This document shows positions 46,248 to 56,772 of a stretch of DNA of 64,000 bases, piece after piece. The translations under genes were made by a program, and so were the position numbers. Source of the stretch: an uncultured Treponemataceae bacterium. Lineage in GTDB: Bacteria; Spirochaetota; Spirochaetia; Treponematales; UBA12059. The stretch's first letter is position 1. The number at the start of each line of letters is the position of its first letter. The notes beneath the pieces were generated by a model. It made no database searches. It was not told where the DNA came from and was given only the letters and a program-made list of their open reading frames with translations. The stretch spans positions 5,315-69,314 of the forward strand of contig CAYZZW010000007.1 of assembly GCA_964482955.1 (NCBI GenBank), read 5' to 3'.

Positions 46248-46828
46248 AACGACGGACTACCGCCGTCTTCGCGGCCTTGGCGCTCGCGTCGCTGGGGCTG
46301 TCGTCCTGCGGGCGGACGGCCGACGCCCTCCGCATCCTCTCGGCGAACGCGCGCTTCTCGCAGGCGCGCTACCAGGAGGCGATCGACGGCTACCTGGCCG
46401 CGGGTCCCGGGCGCTACGACGGCATCGTCGATTACGACCTGGCCACCGCCTTCGCCGCCCTCGGCGAGGAGGAATCGGCCGCCGCGCTCTTTTCTCGGCT
46501 CGCCTCGTCGCCCGATCCCGTCATCGCCGCGTCCGCGTCCTACGGCCTCGGGCTCGTCGCCTTCGGCCGGGCCGACTACGACGAGGCGGAAGCCCGCTTC
46601 CGCGAATCGCTCCGCCTCGAGCCGGGCGCTCCCGACGCCTCCCGCGCCCTCGAAGCCGCCGCGGACGCGAAACGCCGCTCGAACGAGGCGAAATCCGCGT
46701 CGCGCGCGCCGACCTCGACGGCCCGCGGCGCGGGCGACGAGCTCCTCGACCTGGCCGGCCGCATGGAGTCGCCCCGCTACAAACCCGGGGCGCAGAGCGC
46801 CGCCGAACCGTCGGGAGACAACCTGTGA
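46244..46828 (+). CDS. BatC-like TPR lipoprotein
   Basis: LSSC lipobox; TPR-like helices. Confidence 0.75.
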   Translation: MKRRTTAVFAALALASLGLSSCGRTADALRILSANARFSQARYQEAIDGYLAAGPGRYDGIVDYDLATAFAALGEEESAAALFSRLASSPDPVIAASASYGLGLVAFGRADYDEAEARFRESLRLEPGAPDASRALEAAADAKRRSNEAKSASRAPTSTARGAGDELLDLAGRMESPRYKPGAQSAAEPSGDNL

Positions 46829-48531
46829 CGCGCCGCCCGACGCTCGCCGCCGCGTTGTGCGCCCTCGTCGCCGCCGCGGCGTCGGCGCTCGACACGGCGC
46901 CCGTCGTCTCGCCGCCCGAACCGGCGGTCGGCGACGAGGTGACCGTCGATTATCGCCTGGAAAACCTCGATGCCGCGGGCGCGGCCGTGCGCGACTTCGC
47001 CCTGCCCGAAGGCCTCGCGCTCCTCGGCACGCGCCTCCAGCCCGAACGGGCATTCGATGGCTCGGGAACCCTCCGCGAAGTCCTCCGGCTTTCCGTGACC
47101 TTCCGCGCCGTCGAAGCCGGCGTGTTCGAACTCCCGCCGATTTCCGTCACGGCCCGGGGCGCGGTCCGCGCGACGCCGCGCGTCGTCCTCCGGGTGTCCG
47201 CCGCGGCCGACTCGTCGGAACCGCTCGCCGACTGGGCCGCGCCGGCCGCCGTCTACGCGGGCCAGGCCTTCGCCCTGTCGGCCGTCGGCTTGCCGGAAGG
47301 CGCCTTCGTCCGTCCGCCCGCCGTCCCGGGGCTCGCCCTCGAGCGTCGCGGCCCGGCATCGTTCGTCGCCCTGTCCCTCGCGTCGCGCGCGGACCCGCCC
47401 GCCGTAATCGAACTCCCCGCGGCCACCGCCCGCGCGGACGTCGGTCCCCGCCACGTCCGGGGCGCCCGCATCCGCGTCATGCCGTGGAACGCCCGCGGGA
47501 CGGAGCGCGGCGCGGTCGGGCGCATCGCCCTGTCGGTCGCCGCCGCGAAGACCTCCGGCCACGACTTCGCGATCACGGTTTCCGGTTCGGGCAACCTGCC
47601 CATCCTCCCGGCCCCGCGTTTTTCCGTCCGCGGACCCGACGGCTCGGTCCTCCCGCCCGAGGCGGTGACCGTGTCGCGCCTCGACCGGTACGCCGCGACC
47701 GACTCGGGCTACGCGGGCTCCGTGGACTTCCTCGTCGCCGTCGCCCCCGACGCCGCCAAGCCCGGGCGCCGGACCGTCGCCTTCTCGCCGTACGCCGCGC
47801 TCGACCCCGCGTCGGGCGACGTGAAGACGATATCGCTTCAACCCTTCGTCTTCACGCTCGCGTCCTCGGGCTCCAAGGCCGATCCGGTTCGCGACGCCTT
47901 CGCCGCGCTCGCCGCGCCGCCCGCCGGTGCGGGGGCCGCCCGCGCCGCCTGGATTTCCGGTATCGCCAAGGGCGCGAAGGGAGACCTGGCGGGCGCCGTC
48001 CGCGATCTCTACGCCGCCGAACGCCTGGGCGAACGCCATCCCGCGTTCCGCGCGGCGCTCGAGACCCTTCGGTCCCTCACGGGCGTCGACGCCCGCCCGC
48101 GCGACCTCCTGCCGCCGCCCGCCGCGTTCCGGTGGGCTGTCGCCGCGGCGCTCGCCTGCGCGCTGGTCGCGGCCGCCGTCGCGCTCGCGCGAATCCTCGG
48201 CATCGCGCGTCCGAAGCGCTCCCGCTCCCGGCCGCGCCCGGAACGGAGACATCCGAACGCCGCCGCCTTCGGACGCGTCCTCGGCTTCGTCGCGATCGCG
48301 CTCGCCTTCGCCCTCTGCGCGCTCGTGTCGGCCGCGGACCGCCGCCGCGTCTTCGTCGTGAGCCCGGGCGGACCGGTCCGCGCGGCGCCCGGCCAAGCCG
48401 CCTCGGTCGCCTTCGAAATTCCGGCCGGCGCGGCGGGAATCGAGCGGGCGGCGGTGGACGGCTGGAACCTCGTGGAATTCCCCGACGGCCGCAAAGGCTG
48501 GCTCGTCGACGACCAAGGATTGGAGTATTAA
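46825..48531 (+). CDS. BatD/BatE-like protein with C-terminal SH3-like domain
   Basis: Signal peptide, Ig-like segments, TM, C-terminal GWNLVEFPDGRKGWL. Confidence 0.7.
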   Translation: MTRRPTLAAALCALVAAAASALDTAPVVSPPEPAVGDEVTVDYRLENLDAAGAAVRDFALPEGLALLGTRLQPERAFDGSGTLREVLRLSVTFRAVEAGVFELPPISVTARGAVRATPRVVLRVSAAADSSEPLADWAAPAAVYAGQAFALSAVGLPEGAFVRPPAVPGLALERRGPASFVALSLASRADPPAVIELPAATARADVGPRHVRGARIRVMPWNARGTERGAVGRIALSVAAAKTSGHDFAITVSGSGNLPILPAPRFSVRGPDGSVLPPEAVTVSRLDRYAATDSGYAGSVDFLVAVAPDAAKPGRRTVAFSPYAALDPASGDVKTISLQPFVFTLASSGSKADPVRDAFAALAAPPAGAGAARAAWISGIAKGAKGDLAGAVRDLYAAERLGERHPAFRAALETLRSLTGVDARPRDLLPPPAAFRWAVAAALACALVAAAVALARILGIARPKRSRSRPRPERRHPNAAAFGRVLGFVAIALAFALCALVSAADRRRVFVVSPGGPVRAAPGQAASVAFEIPAGAAGIERAAVDGWNLVEFPDGRKGWLVDDQGLEY

Positions 48532-48533
48532 CG

Positions 48534-49124
48534 ATGAGCGATTTCGGGAAAGTGTACGAAGAGTGGGAGCGCCTCGTGTCGGACCGCGGAGAGGCGGCGA
48601 ACAAGGCCTCGCAGAAACCGGCCGGTTCCGGCAAGAAACTCGGTCCCTCGCCCAAGCGCGCCGAAGGATCGGCCGAACGCCCGGGCGGCGGATCGGCGGC
48701 GGCGAAAGCCTCGGCCAAGCCGAAGCCCGACGCCGCGAGGCAATTTTCCGATTGGCTCGACCGTCACATGGTGCCGGACAAGGACGGGCGGGAAGAAGCG
48801 CCCGCGACGCGGCTTTCGAACCGCGACATCGACGCCCTGCCGATCGAGGCGAGCATCGACCTGCACGGCCTCACCGCGCGCGACGCCGAGGCCGCCCTCG
48901 AAGCCTTTTTCAGGGACGCCGCCCGCCGCGGCCTGCGGAAAGTACTCGTCGTGCACGGCATCGGCCGCCATTCCGAGACGGAAGCGGTGCTGCCGGGCGT
49001 GGTGCGGAAGTTCCTGGAACGATCGCCGTACGCGGGAAGGAGCGGTTACGCCGACAAGGCGTCAGGAGGGAAGGGGGCCGTCTGGGTCCTCGTGCGACCC
49101 GCGGCCTCTCATTTTTCGCGGTAG
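48534..49124 (+). CDS. Smr domain protein
   Basis: [24 protein letters not shown]. Confidence 0.9.
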   Translation: MSDFGKVYEEWERLVSDRGEAANKASQKPAGSGKKLGPSPKRAEGSAERPGGGSAAAKASAKPKPDAARQFSDWLDRHMVPDKDGREEAPATRLSNRDIDALPIEASIDLHGLTARDAEAALEAFFRDAARRGLRKVLVVHGIGRHSETEAVLPGVVRKFLERSPYAGRSGYADKASGGKGAVWVLVRPAASHFSR

Positions 49125-49327
49125 ATGATCCGGCCGCGGTTGAGGTCGTAGGGCGAAAGCGCGACCTTGACCTTGTCGCCGGGAACGATGCGGATGTAGT
49201 GCTTGCGCATTTTGCCGGAAAGATGTGACAGGATGACGTGCCCGTTGGACAGCTCGACCCGGAACATGGTGTTGGGAAGGGCTTCGCGGACGATGCCTTC
49301 CACCTCGATCGCTTCTTCTTTGGCCAC
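49109..49327 (-). CDS. infA: translation initiation factor IF-1
   Basis: [26 protein letters not shown]...HLSGKMR. Confidence 0.97.
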   Translation of the reverse strand: MAKEEAIEVEGIVREALPNTMFRVELSNGHVILSHLSGKMRKHYIRIVPGDKVKVALSPYDLNRGRIIYREK

Positions 49328-49405
49328 GATCACTCCTCTAGGTAATGCCGCCGTTTCGTGCGGCGGTTTCCCCGAACTTCCGAAAAAGCCCGCGGAACGA
49401 GCATT

Positions 49406-49434
49406 ATGGTACAACCGCCCGCGCTTCGTGTCAA
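49406..49434 (-). promoter_or_regulatory. infA promoter
   Basis: TTGACA-17-TACCAT. Confidence 0.7.
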
Positions 49435-49451
49435 CCTGCGTGAAAAAACGG

Positions 49452-49857
49452 ATCACGAAGGACACGAAGTTTAGCCACTAAGAACACGAAGAACACGAAG
49501 AACGTGAAGAACGCGATGAAAGAGGCGATAAGAATTTGGGCGCCACCCGCGCCATGGTCTGATCGCCCATGGCGCGGGTCGGGCTGTACGCTTCAAGTCC
49601 TCGCGTGATCGGCTCCGCCACTCACGCTCCGGGCTTTCCGCTCCCATCCCTGGCGCGCGAAGCGCCGACCGGAAAGGTTCGCGCATGGATGACGTCATGC
49701 GCGTTAGCGCATGCATGAATCATTTCCTTTCGGCAAACGACGCGCAGCGGCGTACGCGCGAACCACACCCGTCGAGCGCCGCGCGTTCGACGATGTCAAA
49801 AATCCGCATGGACGCGGATTTTTGACCACCCCATCCCTGGCGCGCGAAGAGCTGCAT
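49452..49857. repeat. CACGAAG repeat plus GGGTCGGGCT...CCGGGCTTTCCGCT element and CATGG hairpins
   Basis: CACGAAGAACACGAAG run at 49452-49515; 49576-49657 matches 61876-61953; hairpin GTCAAAAATCCGC-ATGGAC-GCGGATTTTTGAC. Confidence 0.75.
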
Positions 49858-49890
49858 GCGGGAGGCGATGTGTGATACCCTTGGGACGAC

Positions 49891-50418
49891 ATGGACACGG
49901 CATCCGGCGACACGCCCATCGCGCTCATCGGTTTCATGGCGAGCGGCAAGACCGCGGTCGGGCGCGCGCTCGCGCTGAGGCTCGGCTGGTCGTTCGCGGA
50001 CACGGACGACCTCGTCGTCGCCGAGCGCGGTCTGCCGATAGCGGAGATCTTCGGGCTCTCCGGCGAAGCCGCCTTCCGCGCGCTCGAAGCCGCCGCGCTC
50101 GAGCGGGTTACGGCGATGCCGCGCATGGTCGTCGCCGCGGGCGGCGGCGTCGTGCTGTTGCCTGAAAACCGTCGCATCCTCGCGGAGCGTTGCTGGACGG
50201 TTTTCCTCCGCGTGAGCCCCGCGACGGCCGTCGCGCGCGCCTCGCGCGAACCGGGCACCCGGCCGCTCCTCTCCGGCGCGGATCCGACGCGAGCGGCCGA
50301 GCGTCTCCTTGCCGAACGCGCGCCCCTTTACGAAACGGCGGCGGACTTCGTCGTGGACGCCGATCGTCTGTCGCCCGAATCCATCGTGGAGGCCATCGTT
50401 GCGCGTCGAGCTCGCTAG
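49891..50418 (+). CDS. aroK: shikimate kinase
   Basis: GFMASGKTAVG, DTD, GEAAFR, GGGVV, RPLL. Confidence 0.95.
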   Translation: MDTASGDTPIALIGFMASGKTAVGRALALRLGWSFADTDDLVVAERGLPIAEIFGLSGEAAFRALEAAALERVTAMPRMVVAAGGGVVLLPENRRILAERCWTVFLRVSPATAVARASREPGTRPLLSGADPTRAAERLLAERAPLYETAADFVVDADRLSPESIVEAIVARRAR

Positions 50419-51688
50419 CGCGCGGCTTTCCGGCGCCGTCGACGCGCCGCCGTCGAAAAGCCACACGCAACGCGTCGTCGCCGCGGCCTGCCTCGCGCGC
50501 GGCACTACGGTCATCGAGCGCCCGTCCGACTGCGACGACTCCGCGGCAGCGCTCGGCATCGCCCGGGCGCTCGGCTGCGCCGTGGCTCGCGACGGAGATA
50601 CGGTCCGCGTCACGGGCTCCTGGGACGGCGCCGGTTTTCGGCTCGCGTCCGGCGATCTCGACTGCGGCGAATCCGCGTTGTGCGCGCGCCTCTTCGCGCC
50701 GATCGCCTCGCTCGCGCGGAGCCCGATCCGCCTCGTCGGGCGCGACTCGCTCCGCGCGCGTCCCATGGACATGCTCGTGGCCCCGCTCCGCGCCCTCGGC
50801 GTTTCCTGCGAGACCGAAGGCGGCCGCCTGCCCGTGACCGTGCGCGGTCCGCTTTCGGGCGGCGTCGCGGAAGTCGACTGCGCCGTCAGCTCCCAGCACG
50901 CGAGCGGGCTCCTCCTCGCCCTGCCGCTCGCCCGGCCGTTGGCCGCGCGCGATTCCGCGCTCGTCGTGACCCGGCTCGCGAGCGCCCCGTACCTCGACCT
51001 CACGTGCGCGGTCGCGGAGGCGTTCGGCGCGCGCATCGGAGGCGATCGCCGGACGCGCTTCGAAATCCGCGGCGGCCTAGTCTACGAAGCGCGCCGCGTC
51101 CGCGTCGAGGGCGATTGGAGTTCGGGCGCCGTCCTCCTCGTCGCCGGCGCCATCGCGGCCGATCCGACCGCCGGGATTCTCGTGCGCGGGCTCGATCCCC
51201 GCTCGACGCAGGCGGACCGTCTCGTCCTCGAGGCGCTCCGCGCCGCGGGCGCCCGCGTGGACGAAGAAGCTGTCGGCTACCGGGTCCGCGCAAGCGCGCT
51301 CCGCGCCTTCGACCTCGACCTCACCGACGCTCCCGACCTCTTCCCGCCCCTGGCCGCGCTCGCCGCGCGCGCGGACGGCACGTCGGTCTTGCACGGCGTG
51401 CGCCGCCTCGCGCACAAGGAAAGCGACCGCGCCGCCGCCATCATCGAGGAATTCGCCAAGCTCGGAGCGTCCGTCGAACGCTCCGCCGACGAACTCCGTA
51501 TCCGCGGCGGCCGGGTCTCGGGCGGCGCCGCCTCCTCCCGCGGCGACCACCGCATCGCCATGGCCTTGGCCTTGCTGTCCCTTGCCGCCGACCAACCCGT
51601 CACCATCGACGACGCCGAATGCGTCAATAAATCCTACCCCACCTTCTGGGAAGACCTCCGCCTCCTGTCGCTCCCGGTCTCCCGTTGA
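50399..51688 (+). CDS. aroA: EPSP synthase
   Basis: PPSKSHTQR, CGES, RPM, SSQ, GDWSS, RLAHKESDR, DHRIAM, KSYPTFW; TTG start after GGAGG. Confidence 0.95.
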   Translation: MRVELASARLSGAVDAPPSKSHTQRVVAAACLARGTTVIERPSDCDDSAAALGIARALGCAVARDGDTVRVTGSWDGAGFRLASGDLDCGESALCARLFAPIASLARSPIRLVGRDSLRARPMDMLVAPLRALGVSCETEGGRLPVTVRGPLSGGVAEVDCAVSSQHASGLLLALPLARPLAARDSALVVTRLASAPYLDLTCAVAEAFGARIGGDRRTRFEIRGGLVYEARRVRVEGDWSSGAVLLVAGAIAADPTAGILVRGLDPRSTQADRLVLEALRAAGARVDEEAVGYRVRASALRAFDLDLTDAPDLFPPLAALAARADGTSVLHGVRRLAHKESDRAAAIIEEFAKLGASVERSADELRIRGGRVSGGAASSRGDHRIAMALALLSLAADQPVTIDDAECVNKSYPTFWEDLRLLSLPVSR

Positions 51689-51694
51689 AAACGT

Positions 51695-52250
51695 TACCAC
51701 GAAGGACACGAAGGGAACGAAGAGCACGAAGGAAGATGAAGAGGTTTAGAGATAGGCTGCTCTTGATCGAGCGGCAGAAAACGTAAAGTCAACCGCGATT
51801 CATTCGACGTGACAGCCGTTGTGCGGCTTTACTGGGGCAAGGTGGCGCCAGTTCGTGTGGCGCCTTTCTGGTCGGTCCTTAGCCAGCGAAAGCCCGCCGT
51901 GACTCGTTCGGCGTGCTAGCTGTTGTGCGGCTTACTGGAGCCGGGCAGCATCCGATGTCGCGTCGAATGCGACCGCCGGGTGGGGCATACAAGTACCCGC
52001 GCAGAATATTGCGAGTACTCTCGCCTATTCGGCGCGGGTACTTGTATGCCCCAGGCCTCGGTCGATCCGGTCCGACATCTGTTCGCCGCACCTTACCTGG
52101 CAGCCTCAACGAAAGTTCACAAGTTATCAATCACGGCGCGCGATGTTGTTTTGCGAGTACTCTCGCCTATTCGTCGTGGGTAGTTGTATGCCCCGATCCC
52201 AGGTCGATCCGATCCGACATCTGTCCGCCGCACTTCTCCGAGTGGTCCTA
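51695..52250. repeat. CACGAAG element + mosaic hairpin cluster
   Basis: 71-bp hairpin 51982-52052; half-hairpin 52151-52194; layout parallels 18031-18634. Confidence 0.85.
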
Positions 52251-52273
52251 CGTTGTCGAACGCGAAACGCGGT

Positions 52274-53383
52274 TCACACGGGGATCAGTTCATAATCGTT
52301 CGAGCCCAGCCCGATCGACTCTCCGTAGGTGAGCTGCGTCTCGCCCCGCGTCTCCGGATGCATCGCCGCGAACTTGTCGTCGCCGGGGCCGGCCTTGCCT
52401 TCGACCGGCGATCCCTTCGGCGTATCGGCCGCCTTCACGAGCTCGAACGCGGCCCGGTCGATCGCCACCGGGTCGGTCGACGCGAGGAAGCCGATGTCGG
52501 AGACGAGCGGCACGTCGGACCACGGCGCGCAGTCGCACACCGGAACGACGCGCGTGACGAAGGTCAGGTAGACGACGCGGCCTGGTTTGCCCTTGACGGC
52601 GGCCAGCGCGTACTCGGTCATCTTTTCGGTGAATTCGCCGATCTCGACCTCCCAGTCCATCTGGATGGCCTTCGGCGCGCAGAACAGCGCGCACTCGCCG
52701 CAGCCGATGCAGGCCGCGCGGTCGATGATCGCCTTGTCCTTGCCGGACTGCTTCGCGGCGCCCGTGGGGCAGACCTCGGCGCACTTCCCGCACGCGACGC
52801 AGCGCTTGTCCTTCACGAAAAAGCGGCACGAGTGCTGGTCGCGCTTGCCGGCGGCCGGGGCGCAGCCCATCGCCAGGTTCTTGATCGCCCCGCCGAACCC
52901 GGACATCTCGTGCCCCTTGAAGTGGCTCACGACGATCATGGAGTCGGCGTCCAGGATGCCGTTGGCGATCTTCGCCGCCTTGAACCACTTGAGGCCGAGC
53001 TCGACCTCGCGCCAGTCCGTCGACTTGATACCGTCCGCGATGATTACCGGCGCGCCGACGACTTCCGGCACGAAGCCGTGCCGCGTCGCGACGCCGAGGT
53101 GGTCGACGGCGTTGTGCCGGTCGCCCGAGTAGAGCGTGCCCGTGTCCGTGAAGAAGGGCTTGGCGCCGCGGGCGCGGGCGGCGTCGGAAGCGACGCGCGC
53201 GAACACCGGGCTCACGTACGAGTCGTTCCCCGTCTCGCCGAAATGGATCTTGAGGGCGCAGAGGTCGTCCTTCCGGACCGCTCCGCCCTCGAGCACCTTG
53301 TCGAGAAGCAGCGCGAGCTTCGATACGGTATTGCGCGATTCCGACCGCGCCTTCACGTCGGCGAACCAAACTGCAGACGGCAT
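52274..53383 (-). CDS. DUF362 + 2x[4Fe-4S] ferredoxin domain protein
   Basis: KIHFGE.GN, TDTGTLY.G.R, SHFKGH, GGAIKNLAMG, two CxxCxxCxxxCP. Confidence 0.9.
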   Translation of the reverse strand: MPSAVWFADVKARSESRNTVSKLALLLDKVLEGGAVRKDDLCALKIHFGETGNDSYVSPVFARVASDAARARGAKPFFTDTGTLYSGDRHNAVDHLGVATRHGFVPEVVGAPVIIADGIKSTDWREVELGLKWFKAAKIANGILDADSMIVVSHFKGHEMSGFGGAIKNLAMGCAPAAGKRDQHSCRFFVKDKRCVACGKCAEVCPTGAAKQSGKDKAIIDRAACIGCGECALFCAPKAIQMDWEVEIGEFTEKMTEYALAAVKGKPGRVVYLTFVTRVVPVCDCAPWSDVPLVSDIGFLASTDPVAIDRAAFELVKAADTPKGSPVEGKAGPGDDKFAAMHPETRGETQLTYGESIGLGSNDYELIPV

Positions 53384-53469
53384 GACAGACTCCTTGCGTC
53401 GATCTTTCCCCAACTCTACCCCCTCAGCCCCCCTTCGTCCACCCGCCAGCCAGCAGGAAGAAGAGTTTG

Positions 53470-53815
53470 CCACGGAGGTACGGAGCGAAGTTTAGCGAGT
53501 ACTCGAGCGTTGATCACGGAGGAGAGGAAGAAGGAAAGAAGGTTAACTAGGAAGGAATGGTCATAGACAAAGTGAAGCCCGGACGGCATTGTCACTGCAT
53601 CGTCGGCATAAGACTTGACCGTCCGGCCTGCGAGCCGTCGTGCGGCGCTGCTGGGGACACCCGGCGTCCGATGACGCACTGCATGTGACCGCCGGGTGGG
53701 GCATACAACTATCCGCGACAAAGCTTGCGCTTACTTGCGCGTCTTTGGCGCTGATAGTTGTATGCCCCACCCGGTCGCTTCGGTCCGACATCCGTCCGCC
53801 GCACCATCCCGTATC
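53470..53815. repeat. CACGGAG/GCGAGTACTCGAGC element + type II hairpin
   Basis: 53483-53511 sub-repeat; hairpin 53698-53768 around GCGCTTACTTGCGC. Confidence 0.8.
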
Positions 53816-53910
53816 GCCTCGCTATGGTACCAACGCGGGTGGGATCTGGATTTATTCCAACGTTTCCGGTACAGTGCCGTCCGCGCGAAACGCGCCTTGG
53901 GAGGAATTTT

Positions 53911-54483
53911 TTGGAAGCACAGACCATCGCCGTCAAGGACGGCAGCGCCAATCCCGCCCCGCTCGGGCTGCTCGGCTTCGGCATGACCACGATTCTCCTG
54001 AACCTGCACAACGCCGGCTTCTACCCGATGGACGCGATGATCCTCGGCATGGGCCTCTGCGTCGGGGGCATCGCCCAGGTGATCGCCGGCGTCTTTGAAA
54101 TGAAGAAGGGCAACACCTTCGGCGCCACCGCCTTCACGGCGTACGGCTTTTTCTGGATCTCCCTCGTCGTGGCCCTCGTGTTCCCGAAGGCGGGCCTCGC
54201 CGCCGCGCCGAACGGCGTCGCCATGGGCTGCTACCTCGCCGTGTGGGGGCTCTTCTCCCTGGGGATGTTCGTCGGCACCCTGCGCCTCAACGCCGCGCTC
54301 CGCTTCGTCTTCGGCACCCTCGTCGTCCTCTTCGCCCTGCTCGCCGCCGGCGACTTCTCCGGCATCGGCATGCTGAAGACCGTCGCCGGCTACGAAGGCA
54401 TCGTCTGCGGCGCCGCCGCCCTCTACGCGGCCCTCGCCCAGGTCCTCAACGAAGTCTACGGCAAGAAACTCCTCCCGCTTTAA
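53911..54483 (+). CDS. satP: acetate/succinate uptake transporter (GPR1/FUN34/YaaH)
   Basis: ANPAPLGLLGFGMTT, GNTFGATAFTAYGFFW; TTG after GGAGG. Confidence 0.93.
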   Translation: MEAQTIAVKDGSANPAPLGLLGFGMTTILLNLHNAGFYPMDAMILGMGLCVGGIAQVIAGVFEMKKGNTFGATAFTAYGFFWISLVVALVFPKAGLAAAPNGVAMGCYLAVWGLFSLGMFVGTLRLNAALRFVFGTLVVLFALLAAGDFSGIGMLKTVAGYEGIVCGAAALYAALAQVLNEVYGKKLLPL

Positions 54484-54512
54484 ATCGACGAATAGACCTC
54501 TGACGAAAAACC

Positions 54513-54636
54513 TTACCACGAAGGGCACGAAGGTTAGGCCACGAAGATCACGAAGGAAGAAAAGAATTTGGTTTAATCCAGTTTCTTTTTCTTCCTTCGT
54601 GCCCTTCGTGCTTCCTTCGTGATCTTCGTGGTAAAA
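54513..54636. repeat. miniature inverted CACGAAG element
   Basis: ACCACGAAG..CACGAAG arms inverted around an AT-rich spacer. Confidence 0.85.
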
Positions 54637-54655
54637 AAATAATTAAAGGTAGACG

Positions 54656-56461
54656 CTAGGAATCACGTTCCCCGGATACCGAATCGTCTTCGAGGAGGCC
54701 TCGTTCGAGGTAATCGTTGACGGCGTTGAGCTTGTCCCCGACTTCTTTTTTCATCGCCGCGCTCTGCGACGCGAGCTTTTCGATGCGCGCCGTCATCGAC
54801 TCGAAGCGCTCGTCGATCTGCTTTACGTACGGGGCGATGGATTCCGACTCCTCGCGCGACCTGCCCGCGAGCGACTTCACGCTCTCCGCCACCACCGCGA
54901 AGCCGCGCCCGGCCTCGCCCGCGCGCGCCGCCTCGATGCTCGCGTTGAGCGCCAGCAAGTCCGTCTGCCGGGAGATCTCCGTGATGGTGCTGGCGATGCC
55001 GGACAGCGCGCCGAGCCGCTCGTTCGTCTCCTCGGTCGCCCGGCGCAGCTCCTCCATCTCGATCTCGAAGCCGTCCAGCATGCCCACCACGCTCGATACC
55101 GCCTTGTCGAGCGTCGACCTCGTGCGCCCGAAGATGTCCGCCCGCTCCTCGCGCTTCTGCTTCGCGAGTTCCTCGATCATCCGCTCCTTGTAGAAGCTGC
55201 AATTCTCCTTGCGGTTGAGCCCGTTCCAGATGGCCGCGGCCATGAGCTCGCAGCTGTTGTAGCCGCAGCCGCAGCAGTTGAGCACGTCGCGCATGCTCGT
55301 CTTGCCCATGCTCCGGAACAGGTCCGCGAGTTCGCGGCGCGACGGCACGCGGAACCCGCCGTTCTCCGAGAGGTCGCGGTACGATCGGGCGTACAAGCCG
55401 GGGCGCCACGCCGCGTCGATCGCCTTGCGGAGCTTCGCGCGGCCGAAGAGGCGCTTCCGCCACCCGCGTTCCGCCTCCTGCCGCCTGGCCTCCACCCGCG
55501 ATTCGATGACGTCCGCGTGCTCGTCGGCGCACGGAGTGCCGGCGCCGGCGTTGCAGCCCCGGTCGCAATTGAGGCAGTCGACGAGTAGGGGCTGGATGCC
55601 GGCTTCGATGGCCGCGTGCAGTCCGTCCAGGTACGGGTACACCGTCTCCTTGCCTTCGATTTTCCGGCTCGACCGTTCGATGCCGGGCACTTCGCGCTTC
55701 GCCGTCTCGAGGAGGCCGCCCGGCGTGGAGAACAGCACCGCGCGTTCCGCGGGCGATCCCTCGAAGCCGACGGCCGGATAGGACGCGAGGTCGATCCCGC
55801 GGTCGGCGAAGTGCGCCGCGAGCGACTTCATCGTCACGTTGAAGTCACCGTAGCCCGTCTCGTCGAACTCGCGCCGCTTCGCGTAGCACGGCGAGATCAC
55901 CGCGATGGGGGCGTCGCGGAACTCGGGGCGGAATTCCCGGATCATCTTCATCGTGTGCGTCATCGGGCTGTCGGCCTTGGCGAGGTGCGGCGCCAGCTCG
56001 GGGCGGTAGATCTGGATATAGCTCACGATGGCGGGGCAGGGCTGCGCGATCACCGTGGCGGGCTTGTCGGCCTTGATCGATTCGACGTACGACTTTACCG
56101 TCAGCTCCGCGCCGAAGCTCACGTCGAAGCACGCGGCCACGCCCATCGAGCGGAGCCAGCCGTTCAGGTTGGGCACGAGGCCGGGAAAGTTGGCGGCGGC
56201 GCCGGGCGCCACGATGGCCACCGGGCGGATACCGCGCGCGAGGGCGTCCATGAACTCGGGGAACTCGTCGATGCCGCAGCGCGCCTCGTGCGTGCACGCC
56301 GCGATGCAGGAACCGCAGCCGATGCAGCGGTCCGCGTCCACCGCCGCGTAGTCGCCGGACATGTCGTTGCACATCTTCACCGGGCACGCCGCCAGGCACG
56401 CGTGGCAGCTCACGCACTTGTCCTTGTCGACCGCGATCACCGCCCGTAACTTCGTTTTCAT
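54656..56461 (-). CDS. [FeFe]-hydrogenase-like sensor fused to methyl-accepting chemotaxis signalling domain
   Basis: Two 4Fe-4S motifs; [23 protein letters not shown]-cluster-like motifs; CCGCGYNSC; [24 protein letters not shown]; no TM. Confidence 0.88.
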   Translation of the reverse strand: MKTKLRAVIAVDKDKCVSCHACLAACPVKMCNDMSGDYAAVDADRCIGCGSCIAACTHEARCGIDEFPEFMDALARGIRPVAIVAPGAAANFPGLVPNLNGWLRSMGVAACFDVSFGAELTVKSYVESIKADKPATVIAQPCPAIVSYIQIYRPELAPHLAKADSPMTHTMKMIREFRPEFRDAPIAVISPCYAKRREFDETGYGDFNVTMKSLAAHFADRGIDLASYPAVGFEGSPAERAVLFSTPGGLLETAKREVPGIERSSRKIEGKETVYPYLDGLHAAIEAGIQPLLVDCLNCDRGCNAGAGTPCADEHADVIESRVEARRQEAERGWRKRLFGRAKLRKAIDAAWRPGLYARSYRDLSENGGFRVPSRRELADLFRSMGKTSMRDVLNCCGCGYNSCELMAAAIWNGLNRKENCSFYKERMIEELAKQKREERADIFGRTRSTLDKAVSSVVGMLDGFEIEMEELRRATEETNERLGALSGIASTITEISRQTDLLALNASIEAARAGEAGRGFAVVAESVKSLAGRSREESESIAPYVKQIDERFESMTARIEKLASQSAAMKKEVGDKLNAVNDYLERGLLEDDSVSGERDS

Positions 56462-56509
56462 TCCCGCCCCCGCCCGCGCCGCGCGAATCGACGCGGCGCT
56501 GACAGGTTC

Positions 56510-56538
56510 AGTGTAGCCGCCTGAGCGGGCGTTTTCAA
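56510..56538 (-). promoter_or_regulatory. promoter of the hydrogenase-MCP gene
   Basis: TTGAAA-17-TACACT. Confidence 0.65.
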
Positions 56539-56723
56539 ACCGGGATTTTCGGGGTGGGGTGGGGGAAGTCTCCCCCTCGCTCCAAAGTCCTCGCGGCCTT
56601 CGGGGCGAAGCCTGCGCGCCGCCAACGGGTACGCTCCGGGCTTTTCCGCTTCCCCCTCCGTGCGCGCCGTGCCGGCGCGCGGCGCCGTAGCCCCGGTGTT
56701 GCCGTGTGCGTCCGCTCGGGACG

Positions 56724-56749
56724 AAAAAAAACCGCCCCCGAAGGGGCGG
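56724..56749 (-). terminator. intrinsic terminator of the OMP gene
   Basis: CCGCCCC-TTCG-GGGGCGG-T8. Confidence 0.85.
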
Positions 56750-56772
56750 CTCGTTTCCGGGAAACTGGAGAC

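Noticed and set aside
41549-48531. MoxR/Bat cluster as a new system
   Set aside because: Already described in Bacteroides and Leptospira; only its link to TIGR03545/6 is flagged
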